Positions 49,229 through 63,714 are shown, counted from the whole stretch's first letter. The stretch: DNA of 63,714 nt, filler included, from Rhabdomonas costata (GCA_019059605.1; 45 parts of 45 records of this genome joined end to end with filler, not necessarily neighbours in it), one strand, 5' to 3'. The notes: generated from the letters alone by a model not told the origin. Numbers and translations: made by a program.

Positions 49229-51054
49229 GCTTACATCATGCGGTATAGCCTTTTGAGTGTTTGTGCATCTTCGTGTTTCTTTGGCGGTTCTTTGGCTCCG
49301 CCTTCAGTCTTTTCTACACCCTAATTACGACGCTCGACGCTCACGGAGGGAACTTTTCAAACCCATTTTTAGTGAAAAATGTATAGCATTGTTAAAAACG
49401 TGGTGTGCACCGCCCCGTAACCCCCTGCGAGATCAAATAAACTCACCTCGGGGACCCCTTTCGGAGATTACAAGGACTAAAATGCACTGGCACCTTGGAC
49501 CGCTCCGCTGTGTCCTTTCCGAACCTGCAAAAAAACNNNNNNNNNNNNNNNNNNNNNNNNNNNNNNNNNNNNNNNNNNNNTTAATTAATTAANNNNNNNN
49601 NNNNNNNNNNNNNNNNNNNNNNNNNNNNNNNNNNNNGTGGCTCATTAGCCAGAATGAGAACTCGTGGCTCACAAACCAGAACGAGTATAATTGCACATGT
49701 GTAGGCCAAAGTTTGCAGATATTGGTCAAGCTAATGCTGGTCACCACTAACTTCCGTGGTTTAAATTGATGGAAAAGTTGACTATTAGAAGTGCTGAGTT
49801 GATGGGAGAGTATATCTCTAATAACAGGAAATTTGAGACCGAGGACGGCAGCAGCAAAGAGTGAGATCGCCTCTCTGGACTACTGTGCCTTTCGGAGGCA
49901 GTGTGCGCGAGTGCGTTCCACACATCTGTGTTAGCAAATGAGAATCAATAAAAGTGGAAGATTTCAGCCTCCTTTTGGGCTTCTTTAGATCTCTAAGAGA
50001 GCACTTCTATTGAATAAAAAATGCGCCAGGAGAGTAATCAGGGAATGTTGCCCGACACACACAGGACGCCGGGAGCTTCCAGTAAATATAAAAAGCCTCG
50101 AGTTTCACAAGAAAGTCAACCAAAAACGTGCCAGTAGCCGCCTGTGGTCACACACCATGCCCATCGTTCACTCAACTCTAATTCTCTAATTCCACACCAC
50201 ACCATGCCAACCCCACTAAAACAGTCTATTGCAAAGGCCTTCCAATCCAATCCATCATCCAATTTTCACCAAGACTCGAACAAGTTGCAGGGTCAACATC
50301 AATTGGAATACCCACTATATGGCCAAGTACATTTGGATTTCATGGTGGCACCCTGTTCAATGTATCTTTGGGTGCTGATCGTCCTTGTCACGAACCGGCT
50401 TTTGGTAACCGGCTACCGGGATGGCTTCTCCGCCCGGAAACCCGGAAACTAAGACCGAGGGATGCGGGCCGCTGATCGGTCCAATCCTCAACAAGGGATC
50501 GGGATAAAATCCCCATAGCGTCGCCATTGGGAGGAATCCGCTCTTCATTCCCGGAGACCGCCAAAGAGCAAAATGCAAGCAGGGAGAAAAAGGGCCGCAG
50601 CAAGCCTGTCGGGCACAAGGTGCCCTAGGTATGGAATGCCAAGCCACTTGGGGCAAAGGATTCCGGCCCACCGGGGTATGGTTGGACAGGCGCGGGAATT
50701 TCAATGTCAAAGTGGTTCCCTCTTAATCGCTGGCTGTGCTGTTGCTTGCCTTCGTGCTCTGTGGTACGCTGTGAACCCTTTTGATGGTCACCCAGTTTGT
50801 TGCCTTCGACTTTGTCTTTTCCAAGGCCCCGGCCCCGAATGAGCTAGAGGGAAGGAGAAACACGGGGCAAAGCAAGAAAATTGGGTTTTATTTTATACTT
50901 CTTGTGGGTTCTAAACAGAGTGTGTGTGGGTTGATCTGTCCTGAAACCAAAACCNNNNNNNNNNNNNNNNNNNNNNNNNNNNNNNNNNNNNNNNNNNNTT
51001 AATTAATTAANNNNNNNNNNNNNNNNNNNNNNNNNNNNNNNNNNNNNNNNNNNN

Positions 51055-52346
51055 TTTTGTGTGTCCACCCCCGGTGCAGTTTGGCGCGCCTGTGGAGGCC
51101 GTCGCCGTGGCCGGGAAGGCCCCGAAGTGGAAGGCTGTTCTTGCACTGGATAGATCCCACACAAGATCCCCGGTGAGGGCGTCGGTGTCGATCCCCAGCA
51201 GCTGCCCATCAGAGGTGCCGTAGTAGAGACTGGTGGGCCCGTGGCCTGCAAGCGCCGTCATCGAGAAGCTGATCACTTTGCGCAAGTCTTGAGGAGTGGG
51301 GTCAGCTGACAGAAAGAGCAAACCATTGGAGTGACGAACACGGAACTTCAGACACACCTGAGAAGACGATCCACGGTCTGAGGCGGGTATTGGGAGACGT
51401 GTTGAACGGTTTCTTAATTAATGAAATGTGTTCACTATATAAGAATCCTTTTTTTTGAGGCTGCATAAACAATGCCCTATCCAGTGTCCAAAATCCAGCA
51501 GAGCAGCAGCGCAGACAATTTGAGAACCTTCTTTTGATTCTGTACACAATAACCAACATCACAATACAACATCAGTGTCCAAAGTCCGGCACAACACCGA
51601 AGAAGAGTGGAGAGTAGAAGAATTGGGAAAAATGAAGCAGAGGGAAGAGCAGCAACAACCAACATGACATCCAATGACAATCAAAAGCTGACAATCCCCA
51701 TGGGGTGGGAGTGTATGTCTCCTTACAATGCGCTCACTTGAAGTATTCCGTTTGTTTGCTCTTGAGCTCTTTTGCTGACATCTGGAACTCACGAGGCAAG
51801 AAACTCCTAATCAAAACTATTACACCCTTCCCGTATCCCGAAGCACTCCAAAGACCCGCATAACCGTCCCTTCTCCCCATCGCCTTTCCATAAAGAGAAG
51901 GATTAGAGATAATTAGATGATTAGAGATAATAAAGGAGTTTCATTGCATGGATAGCATCGCAAGCAGACTCGTTCATGCCAAGGCTGAAATTTGACGCCG
52001 AAATAAACTCCGCCAGCTGGGAGGTTGCCGCGGTCAGCGTGCTCAGATAGCTCACCACCTCGTTCTCCACCACCGTGCAGGCCAGGTTGCGGTGGCTCTT
52101 GCCCACCCGGCTCAAGGCCTCTTCGGCGTTGGCTCGGGTCAGAACGAACGACACCGCCCCCACTGCTGCCAAGGAAAGCACGGTCAGGGCCAACGGTAGC
52201 ACTTGGATTGGGATTCTTGGAAAGCAACGCGCATCGGAGGAGTCTGCAGTTTCAGAGGGAGAACGATACGAAGGCTGAGGGATGGAGACAGACCGAGCTC
52301 CATTCCGTCTAGATGAGACCACAGGGAAGGATGTCACTGGCTCCAT
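51055..52346 (-). CDS. Receptor-like protein with TM and Cache-like sensor domain (cyclase/kinase receptor type)
   Basis: Exon 52346-51980 holds the ATG, TM LALTVLSLAAVGAVSFVL and a long amphipathic helix. Exon 51305-51055 has SLYYGTSDGQLLGI, a Cache-like beta hairpin. Confidence 0.6.
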
Positions 52347-52716
52347 TAAAAAAACATGCACACCAACCAACNNNNNNNNNNNNNNNNNNNNNNNNNNNNN
52401 NNNNNNNNNNNNNNNTTAATTAATTAANNNNNNNNNNNNNNNNNNNNNNNNNNNNNNNNNNNNNNNNNNNNTTGTGTTTTGTTGGGTGGGTGTGAGCGTT
52501 GTCGCAATCAACGAGGGTAAGCGCTGCTCCAGCCAGGCTTACTCCAGCGACAGAGGCATGTACCTCAAGTGCTGAAGACCTGGAAATCAGCTCCACCTCA
52601 GCCAGCGTGCCCTACGCTCAACACACGGTCAATCTCAGCTACAGCAATCATCATCATACCGCGGGCAGCGAAAACTCGGAAGGATGACCGTTGCTGTTTG
52701 TGCCTCGCTGGAGTGA

Positions 52717-52790
52717 GTGGAACGGAAGTTGGGATCGAGGAGTGGTAACGGTTACTAGTGGTAACAATTTTTTATACGGGAGCATATTTT
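52717..52790 (-). mobile_element. MITE family copy 5 (solo right end)
   Basis: ggaagttggg..gagtggtaacggttactagtggtaacaattttttatacgggagcatatt matches the reverse complement of 10446-10510. Confidence 0.75.
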
Positions 52791-54210
52791 GGAAATTCCT
52801 GTTCCCCGTGTATTCTTTGCAGGTTTCTCGTCTGGTTTGTGGGGTGTACGGGGAGCACTGCGGCGGAGCTCCCTTCTACTACCCCTCGCTGCGTGTGCAG
52901 CAGCTCCGCGCACTGCGCCTGGAGGCCGTGGGGGAGCCCGAGCTTCTGCTGGAATGTCTTGCCTTTCCAGCCTTCTGACTGCCTTGCCTCCTTTGCTTGC
53001 GTAGGGCGAGGGCGCCGTTAGTCTTGTGAATCTTCATACGAACGGTAACTGCTCAATAATGGTTTCGGTTGTGGCATGTGTATTCACATGCGCGTTTTCG
53101 TATGAGGTGGGTTTGGCGAGTGACCATTTTCTCCCTTGCCGTTGTATACGCCGTCCCTCTATACCCTCGTGTGAGCCGCATTCATTGCAATCGCTTTAGA
53201 TTGAACTTCCTGCCTATCTTTTAGGGTGTATCGTTCGTCACTCCCCTTCCACTTCGCCACTCGCTCCGGAGACATCGGACTCCTGTTTTTGTGTTTATAT
53301 ATAAAGAATCTCCACGGCAAAAAATGTGTGCATGTGACACTCTTTCCGATCCGCAGTGAATGTTTTTTTGTTTTGGGTCACTTCCTCGAACAGCACGCTT
53401 GCTCCTGATCGACACTTCTTCTTCTCGGAAAAGGCTGGAATAGAACGGAACCTACCGGCTTGAAGTCCGTAGCACCTTTTGTCGAAGGCAAAACCCTATA
53501 CCTTCAGCTCTGGTTGCACTTGTTTGTGTGTGCGGGTTTGCATTTCGATATACTTCCAGGCCTGCCGGCCCACCGATGCCATCCTTCTGGGCCTCGACGT
53601 CCTGGTGGGAGTGGTCTCTTCCATTGCCCACTTGCTGTGCCCGCCCTACCTCCCCGAGGATGTCACTGCCTCTTTGACCAAACTCGACCCTGCTGCCCCA
53701 GTTCGCACAGGCTCAACTGTGGACTGCACTCCCCGCCGTAGGGGCTCATGCAGCCCAGTGGCCGCACGCTCCCCCGTCCCCAAACAANNNNNNNNNNNNN
53801 NNNNNNNNNNNNNNNNNNNNNNNNNNNNNNNTTAATTAATTAANNNNNNNNNNNNNNNNNNNNNNNNNNNNNNNNNNNNNNNNNNNNTGGTGGTAAAGTA
53901 CGTTGTGGGTGCTGTCGTAAACTCTCCCCTGCGTGGGGCAAGAAACGGCGCAAAAGGGCTACGAAAGAGCCGCCAAGGGGCACCACCACCGGCGAGGGTG
54001 AAAGGTCGGGACTCTCCTGACCCCAAGGACCGGCCACGCAGCGTTTCGGGAGGCCTGCTGTATATACAAAGGACCCCAGGCCTGCTTCGGCTTAGCCCTC
54101 TCCTGAAAAAATCAATTTAATTTATAATGAGCATTTTTTTGCTGGCTGCTGACTAAATACTTTTCTCTCAAATGATGCATTTATGTCAGTGCACTTGCAC
54201 AAATGCTTCC

Positions 54211-54619
54211 GGTAAGGAGCAAGGGAACTGCCTGGTTCATGTGCTTGATGGACCGTCCCTTTCGTCGGTAGATTTTTCAGTGGTCCTTCCTGCAACCTTC
54301 AGCAGATTTAGCGGACGTGCACCCCGGAAAGTTGGCCGCCGCAGTGGGGCGCGGCAAGCATCGCGAAAACGGACCGTTCTGCAAGGGCGAGTGCTGGACC
54401 TGCCACCCTTTCGTCGTCGAAGCCATGGGCGCCTGGGGAGGGGAGGCTCGCTCCCTTCTGCATCGGTTGGCAAGAGCCTGGACATGGAAGCGTGGCCACT
54501 GGAAGGCCGAAGCCATTCGGAAATGTCAGAACCCCATTGGTGTGGCCTTTCCCCAGTCGCCGGCTGTCAACAGACAGCACGTGCATCCTAATACAGCTGA
54601 AGATTTCCTTCACTCCTAG
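54211..54619 (+). mobile_element. Decayed non-LTR retrotransposon, restriction-like endonuclease domain (CRE/SLACS-like)
   Basis: VDFSVV.P, then a frameshift near 54320, then GKLAAAV..K...C...CHPFVVEAMGAWGGEARSLLHRLA..IGVA. This is the RLE pattern hDhTV..K..KY..PhxhExxGxWG. Confidence 0.8.
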
Positions 54620-56862
54620 CTCACACGGAGGAGGTCGCCCCATTTGTTCTATGTCTGACGCAATGCGATCTGTGTGTTTTCGCTTTGTACGCGCGCCTCC
54701 CTCCTTCGCAGATTTCCGTCCGGGTCTACGTTGTGCTTTCGTTTTTTGTCTGCTTGAACGCCTTGGCGGGTTCCTCACCTTTCCCGTTAATGGCACAGTT
54801 AATTTGTTTTCAACGAGCTCGCAGCGATTAAGGGCCGAGGTGCGACGACCAAAGTGATGTTTCAAAAAAATAAGCCCCCATGAAAATTTTATTCAAATTT
54901 CATTCGAAAAAGAATTACTCCAAAACCGCAAACCACAGTAGAGGCAATAGCGTCCCAGGCAGCTCTTCCGAGTTACACCTCACCAAATCCATGTAATTTA
55001 CAGGTGGCGGGATTAAGGTACACCTTGCCCAAAAATCAAAAAAAAAATGCTGCTGCATCATATTCAGACTAAAGTAAAAGATTTCAAAAAAATGCAATGA
55101 ATTTACTATTCAATCAAAACTTATGACAATGTTGCACCTTTCCCCTTTCCCCTTTCCCTTTTCCCCACCTTTCCCTTAAGGTAACTAGGAAAGTTACACA
55201 AACAACNNNNNNNNNNNNNNNNNNNNNNNNNNNNNNNNNNNNNNNNNNNNTTAATTAATTAANNNNNNNNNNNNNNNNNNNNNNNNNNNNNNNNNNNNNN
55301 NNNNNNTGTGTTGGGGTCCTGGGTTGTGGGTGGGAGGTGGGAGGTGATAGGGGTGAGGTGAGTTGGAGTGGGGTGTCAGAGTTGGGGCTGTGTTTCTTCG
55401 CGTCGGTCTTTGCATTAGTTTCTTTTTTCATTTATTTCACAGATGTCCCAAGGGATATCCATCGTTGGAAGGCCAACATCGCCCACCGAACCAAGGGCAA
55501 AAGCTACTCCAGGGAAAACAGCCTGTAAGGTACAACAATGATACGCATGGACGAATCTACGACGAATGACTCGCATGACCAGTACCACACGTGACATATC
55601 CCGATGTGCGAAGTTGTATCATTGGCGTCATATCCGAAGAAGACAATCAGCGATTCTGGCACCAACGTCTAACCGTACCACGAGTGCACATGCGATACCT
55701 GACGTAGGTGGGCGTCAGATGAAAGACCTAGTGATGGATGCTATGGCGTACACCAGCCCCATGATGAGGCAAGGGGCAAGGTGACGGGTGATGCAAAGTC
55801 ACTCAAGCCATGCAGCTGAGCTCGATCATGGCGAGGGAGGTGAGCTGACTGTCTAGCCTGGTACACACTGGGCACTGGATTTCAGCCTCTCAGAGTCTGG
55901 CGCTCGCATAGTTCGTGGTGAAGGATACGGCTATGCGTAAATTCGGGGAGTAGGGTGACACCAACGCTACGGTCATGCTATGCACTACTCTATACGTGTT
56001 GGGTGACACCAACCTAAAGAAGTAGGCAAGACATACGCGTAGAAGACCCACCACTACCACGAGAAGGATGATGCCGCTGGGTGTCAGAGTGAGGTTGAGA
56101 ACCTGTCGTAGGGTATGTCATCGCTCCCTCTCACTTACCACCTAATCAACCACAGTACCACCTACGCATCAACCCACCACCACAGAAGGGACAGAGGTAA
56201 GGATGGGTGTTGAGCGAGTGTTGGATGTGGGATGTGGCCGCTGCAGTCAGAGCGTACCCGCACCACTGAGTTACCCTGACGCAATGCCTTACCGTGAGAG
56301 AGGAGCAGCGGCCACCGGTGATGAGAGTGAGAGTTGGGATGCCAGCTGAGGTGACGTGAAGGTGCCTTCTGGTCGCTCATGGTCCCTGATGCCATGACCC
56401 AATCGCTCCCCCTCCAATCCCACCGCTAGATCCTACCTGTCGTACCCGATGCATAACCTGATGCTATCCCTACAGTTAGATTCACCCACCCTACGCATTG
56501 AGGTGACAAGATGCAATGGTGGTGCGGGTGATGCTGGGGGCTGATGTTGGCAGAGGCTAACTCAAACCCAAGTGATAGAATGTGCAAAGTGGAGGCCGCA
56601 GCAGGCCGACCCCTCAACACAACANNNNNNNNNNNNNNNNNNNNNNNNNNNNNNNNNNNNNNNNNNNNTTAATTAATTAANNNNNNNNNNNNNNNNNNNN
56701 NNNNNNNNNNNNNNNNNNNNNNNNTGTGGGGGGTTTTTCTTCACATTTGGTAAAGTATGCCAGTGGCAAATGACAACCACAAGTAGCACAGGTCACCTTC
56801 TCCCAAGGTGAGCAGATAAGAAAAGAAAAGAAAAGGAAGTCAAGGCAGGTGGACGACTGTAC

Positions 56863-57834
56863 CTCAAGCGGGCCATGACAATTCCCTTCCTGGTGGTCAC
56901 CTGCTGGTCTCGGGTAAACACCAAGTTCGACAAGGGCTCGAACTCGTACCTGTGATCCAAGCCACCCTCCCACCGTCAACAGTGTGAAAAAGCAGCATCA
57001 CACACACAATGCCGCACATATGCTTCCCTGCAAATAATTGCAACCAAGTCAGATTCATACACTGTTGCACTCATGCAATGGGAAGACCATAGTTGGGTCC
57101 TTGCACAGTCCACTACAATTACCCAAAGTAAGGGGCTTGTTGCAACTCAAATGCAGACAGGGCAGGCACACAGCGCACAGAAGAGAAAGCCAGTAATAAA
57201 AAGACAGCGAACAGGCAACGGGCAGGAGGGCCGGGAGGAACGGGCGATGACACAGACACATGCCGTGCAATGAAGCCAGTGTCTCTGTGGCTGCAGCGGA
57301 TGGTCACTGTGGGCCGAGTCAGCACAATGTCGACGAGCTGGTCCGCGGAAATTGCAGAAAGCACCTGCAGGCATTTTTCATCGTCCTTGAAATGCCGTAC
57401 CCAAAAAATAGCAGGCTGGCAAATGTTCAGTTAAAAGGGAGAAGGCACGCACAAAGGCTTCTGACAATGGCTGTTGAGCCTGTGTTGAAGCTCTCAATGC
57501 AATCAGTGTAATCAGATGCGGTGCAGTTGAGTTGGGATTCCTTTTCACATGCAGTCGTGCAGATAGCAGTTAACTTCCACTAAAACTCCCACCTCCCCAT
57601 TCACTCCATCTCACTCACCCATTACCCATCACATCCACTCCGCGTCATACGCGTTCATACCGACGCCTTGTACTCGTCGCTGGCGTAGTACGTGCTGGAC
57701 GAGGCCCTGGGCGAACTTTCCCCGTCGTTGTGGTCAAACACGTACGTCAGGGAGCGCGCCGCGAGATCTTCAAGCTGCACTCGGAGTTTCACACTGTCTC
57801 CGATGTCCGCCAAAACCTCCCGCACATCCATCAC
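56863..57834 (-). CDS. Hypothetical protein, 3 exons
   Basis: Exons 57834-57661, 57364-57264 and 56949-56863 are phase-compatible and GC3-rich. The second intron has a GC donor. Confidence 0.6.
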
Positions 57835-58741
57835 CTAATATAACGCACAAGCACGAGATTGGTGTCTGGGTGGACTCAGCGGAGGACCCATTGTGTCCAA
57901 GGATCCGACCCACACGCCATTGCCAGCCGACATGCATGGTTCCTGCTGGTGTTGATAAAAAAACTTACAACCAACAATAGCAATGACCTGGGATTCTGAC
58001 CTGCTCCTTTTCAGCCCAAACCCCCCCAAATACACCCAAAACNNNNNNNNNNNNNNNNNNNNNNNNNNNNNNNNNNNNNNNNNNNNTTAATTAATTAANN
58101 NNNNNNNNNNNNNNNNNNNNNNNNNNNNNNNNNNNNNNNNNNGTTGGTATGTTCACGTGTGTGGGCCGGGTTCGGGTATTTCTGCGAACTTGTAGGTTGA
58201 CCACTATTATGCATCAGTGAGGATGGTCGTGTGTGTGTTTGTGTGTGCATAGATCTGTGGAGGGCATTGGAAGTTCTACTCCGCGCGGTCGTTTTTTCGT
58301 CCACATTGTTTGTTTTTACCTTGTGCTCGTGCTTGTGCTAGTACTTACGCTTAGTGATCTAATGGTGGTTCGAAGCCGCTCTGTATGTTTTGGAATGACC
58401 ACTATTCCTGCAGTTAGTGTTCGTGGCCCTACCCCTCTTTAGTGTGTCCAAATGCCCTTTGGTTTCCAGCTCTCACATGTCGTTATAGTTGATGCGTGTG
58501 AAGATGTGGAAGTGGTTTCTGTTGTCGTCGAATTGCATACTGCAGTGGACGAGATCTCTCGCGGAAGAAAACTTAAGAACGTGTGCACTCGCCAGGCGGA
58601 AGAAAACGCCGTAGAACTGAGAGGGAATTGGGAGTGAAAAAAGATGGAGGAATCTCTGCACGCCCGCATTTTATGATTATTCTTCTTCTCCAAGACCCTT
58701 TGCGGTATTGCGAGGATGACTTGGTCGTATGGGGGCTCCAG

Positions 58742-59036
58742 GCGGATCCCCTCCCGGGAGGCGACAGACGAAGAGCTGCTGCAGGCCCACTCCGCGGAGC
58801 ACCTGTCGCACCTGCAAACCGCCGCTGCCGCTGCGCAGCCCTCGGGCTCGTCCTCCACCTCCCCGCCCACCGGCCTGCCCTCGGACGTGTACCTTGGGGA
58901 GCACTCCATGGTCGCCGCCAGGCTAGCCGCCGGGGCGGTGGTGGATCTGGCGCTTGCAGTGCTCTCCGGGGAGCTCTGCAATGGCTTTGCCTTGGTGCGG
59001 CCCCCGGGGCACCATGCGGAGAGGGACGAGGCCAAG
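58742..59036 (+). CDS. Class II histone deacetylase (HDA1/HDAC6-like) exon
   Basis: [37 protein letters not shown] contains the catalytic His pair. Confidence 0.93.
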
Positions 59037-61346
59037 GTTGCCCCTCCCCTCTCGTCAATGGATAGCCATCATTCCTTGACTTTGGCTGCGGAAACAGCTG
59101 CTTCTGTAGAGCTGGACTCCTCCGCTTCCCATGCCAAAAGTGAAGACATGTCTCAAGTCAAGAGCTGGCGCAGCAGCAGTCAGAAAGGCTTTAGAGGCGT
59201 CTGCAGGCCGTGAACTATATTCAATCAACGCTAAGGTGGAGAAATGGGCTTGATAGATAGTGCGGAGACACTGGCTGAAGATGATGCCCTTTGTCATTTG
59301 ACACTCACCGTCGCACAGGTACTTTTCGCATTTTTTGTGTAAAACTACCGCGTTGACTCGGCAGCATCGCAGCTATCGGGAAAATGAAAACGTGCATTGG
59401 CACGCCACTGCAGGTGCAGGTGCATGCATTCTGGCGGGGCAGGATAACGGTTGCCACCCCNNNNNNNNNNNNNNNNNNNNNNNNNNNNNNNNNNNNNNNN
59501 NNNNTTAATTAATTAANNNNNNNNNNNNNNNNNNNNNNNNNNNNNNNNNNNNNNNNNNNNGGGGTGTGGGAAGGGAAGGCCAGGGAGAGACAGAAGGAGA
59601 GAGCCTAGCGATTAGTGATTGGTACCAAACTCTGTGCGGTCACCATTCTCCTGTCTTTCCCAATTGTTGTGGGAATGGTGCGTGCCGTTCTCGGTTGGGC
59701 AGCGGGAAGCGGGTACCCCCAACGTCCTCCCCCCATGCCTCGTGTGCATGGGTGGACTACAGAGTGTGAGGGTGAAAGGGGGTGAACTTTGAGCTGAGCA
59801 GCTGACTGATATAATCTGCTGTAGTGGAATGACTGACGTTTCGACCCCCCGAGGCGGAGTAAGTTGGGCCATTATGAGCAAGGCACCATCTCCTGCCAGC
59901 CTTGGAAGCTCTTCGTGGAGGGGCTCTTTGCAACTGCCGGGGTTCATGTCGACTTTTCATGGATCCTTCCCATGGGAAATGAGGAAGGGTCAGATTTTAC
60001 GGGCATTGAGATGGGATTGAGCGAGGAGGAGGTGAACAGGGGCTCTGGTTGAGGAGGGGGGATGAGAGACAGGGAAGTGAGGAAGCCGCTGCGTTGGCAA
60101 TTAAGACGGCCTACATCGGCGCCCCCTGCTCTATTCTGGCACAACACTGTCAACACTCTCCTTCGATTCCTTTTATCAGCAAAAAAAGGTGTTGGTGGGG
60201 GGAAGAAAGAATTTCCGGAATCGCAGGGCATCTTCTGAAATTTCCCTTCTCGCGCGGACATACATAACTTGTTACAATCGCTGGCCACGGCGTATAGCAG
60301 ATTACATTAAATTAAGAGCGTATGGTAAAAAGAGGATATGCAACACCGAAAAAAGCCCGTGGTTGGAAGCCACCGTGCAAAAATCCATGCCGCAATTTGT
60401 TGCATGCTTTTCTCTTACTTTTCTTCTCACTTGCGTTAAAAAAATGGCTCAACCTGCACTCCTTCTGGAAGCATTTGCAAGTATAGCTAGATTTTGGTTA
60501 AGGATCAAGGTAATGAGGGTTAACCGGACATAGGTTCAGAGTTCGGTTACGTCCCTGACCTGTGGAGAAAGAGGTGGACCGGTAATCAGGGCAGTCAGTA
60601 TGTCGCCTCATGTTTGGCGTTAAAGGTGCACGCTCGCAGCTCGTTTCCATACGGTATCTTGCCTCCCAGGCCAAACGGCATAAAAACAGGGTAAACAGAC
60701 TTCTGCTCGGAATGTTACAGACTAATCTTTCAGTTTCCCAGTGAAGCTAGACTTAGATTATTATTGGTAACAACTTGTCGCGCGCCTTGCGAGCGTGCAC
60801 CCTTCGGAAATATGGCCCGAGTCACCACAAAAGCAAGAGCTGGCAGAGCAAGGTCAATAATCAGCTTTACAAACAACCNNNNNNNNNNNNNNNNNNNNNN
60901 NNNNNNNNNNNNNNNNNNNNNNTTAATTAATTAANNNNNNNNNNNNNNNNNNNNNNNNNNNNNNNNNNNNNNNNNNNNGGGTTGTTGGGGTGGCGCTGCA
61001 TTCATCAGATTCGTTTGCTGTGCGGGGCCGCCTGAAAGGGAGGTGCTCGAATTTTGCTTCCTGCTTCCGGTTCCGAATAATTTGCCCATTGTGTTCCTGT
61101 GAGGTGAGTGTGACAGTTGACAAGTGAATTTTGGTATCCACGGCTCCTTGTTCACCAACACGTTTTTGTATTCGTTCGCATTGTCTGACCTATGTGCCAC
61201 CGTGTTAACCACATCAGCCTTCCAACCCTCATGGAAAAACTAAAAAAGGCATCAGCGCTGGAATTCTTTTCACCCTCGAGTTTTCCACTGCACAACTATG
61301 CTACAGTGCACTTCCACGTGTGTGTGTGGGGGGGTACTCTGCTCAG

Positions 61347-62282
<936 letters not shown>

Positions 62283-63098
62283 TAAAACCCAAAAACNNNN
62301 NNNNNNNNNNNNNNNNNNNNNNNNNNNNNNNNNNNNNNNNTTAATTAATTAANNNNNNNNNNNNNNNNNNNNNNNNNNNNNNNNNNNNNNNNNNNNGTTG
62401 GTTTTGACCTTAATGAATATCTTTGCAAACAGGCGGAACGCCCGGCAGTCATCGTACCACGCGGCGGTGGAAAGCCGCTCCCCTCAATGGTAATAACCAA
62501 CCGCGGCAACCGGGTCTTTCGTGCAGGAAACAAATAAGCATGAATGCCGTTACCTGACAGAACCATTGCGCCAAGCGCAACACCAAACGTGTGTCGGATG
62601 GGAAACGATGGGACGGGAAGCACGTTCAGGCCGCAATTTCACCAGGACCGCCCATACCTTATGATGCAGGTGGCTAGGGTTTAGGAACCAATAATTGACG
62701 AGGTAACAAGCAAGCGCACAGACCGCTAAATACTTGCCTAACACGAGGTGCGTGGTGCGGGTGAAATGAGCTTTGCAACCATCTACACGTACATATTTCC
62801 ACGCTTAATTTGGCATCCAGAAAAAACCAACGCCAGATTCCTCCCTTCGTCGACGCCAGCAGTGAAGAGCCACAGCTCTCCATAGCAAAGGTCGGCAATG
62901 GCAAGCACTCCGTAGAGTGTAATGCACCAACGAAACGGGGAAGTGAGTGGAGGGCCAGAGGGCGAGCAGGAGCAGCCACTGACTCAGCAACCAAAAGCCC
63001 GAACACCGATGACGCAAAAAGGACCCACCCCCTCGGAATAATGCACAAAAAACCGTCCCCGAAAGGTGACTGCGGAAATGAAAAATCTTGAGCCTTAC

Positions 63099-63390
63099 AT
63101 CTCACAGGAGCCGTAGCCTCTGTACTGAAGGAATTTGGTCAGGCTGTGGGACTTAAAATACCCACACTTGGTGCAGCGGAAGCGTTGAGTAACCTCGTAA
63201 AGGTGGGCGGTGATCTCCGCAGGAATGGTGTCCTCGCGGACGTACCACTCAATAGGCTGGAGCGCGACTCTTTGAGAGAACCACTGACCAACGACTTCAA
63301 CCTCTACAGTATCCCCGCATTGGTGAGCAGGAGCGGCGGGGACCTGCGCCAGCAGCTCTTCTTCAAGGGTAGCAGGGCACCCACTGGAGA
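63099..63390 (-). CDS. Hypothetical exon with CxxC (resembles Cys-rich tails of some LRR proteins)
   Basis: PATLEEELL..IPAEITAHL..RCTKCG, ending at donor gtaagg. Confidence 0.35.
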
Positions 63391-63714
63391 TGCTGCCCTT
63401 CTTACTAATTTCCGGAAGCTTCGCAGGGCGCCCGCAGGTTTCGCGGCCTCCAATGGGAGTTAGAGTTAGGGAGAAAGAGCTAAAAACCATTGTTGGAGCA
63501 ATCACCGACAGAAGCGAAAGGCACTATGAAAAACAAGAAGCTGTCCATACGACTGAAACCGTCAGTGGATAATTGGACAGTGATCGTGGTGCCTGAAAGC
63601 ACTGTTTGCGACGTATTTTGGTTGTTGGGAGTCTCCGCACTCGAAAGATACAGCGCTTTTCGAGGCAAGGGGTTGAGACAGGCTGGGAAATGCAAAAAGT
63701 GCAACAAAAAAACC

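Noticed and set aside
55560-56624. Compositionally distinct region, possibly a decayed retroelement
   Set aside because: No recognisable motif in the frames I examined, so no call can be supported.

Overview
This is not contiguous DNA. It is 45 unrelated contigs of about 1.3 kb each, joined by 44 artificial 100-nt spacers (N44-TTAATTAATTAA-N44, which places stops in all six frames), so adjacency across spacers has no biological meaning. The source is an intron-rich microbial eukaryote with short GT-AG and some GC-AG introns and GC3-rich exons. A euglenid is plausible (WS/DGAT, expanded receptor-like family) but is only an inference. G/T-only contig starts and C/A-only ends suggest whole-genome amplification. 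Recognisable gene fragments are a PPIL2-like cyclophilin, BUD13, SNRNP27, VPS72/YL1, TTC39, MAK16, WS/DGAT, CEP104, RFC5, a GNAT, a class II HDAC, kinesin-13, a frameshifted RCC1-repeat gene and a decayed non-LTR retrotransposon endonuclease. The best leads are: (1) an apparent in-frame fusion of a chagasin (I42) inhibitor domain to a papain-family protease; (2) a ~400-bp MITE family with five copies, one with an intact target-site duplication; (3) a terminally redundant 1270-bp circular or tandem unit; (4) recurrent G|GCATG GC donors; (5) a paralogous receptor-like family. All protein assignments come from motif recognition by eye; no searches were run.
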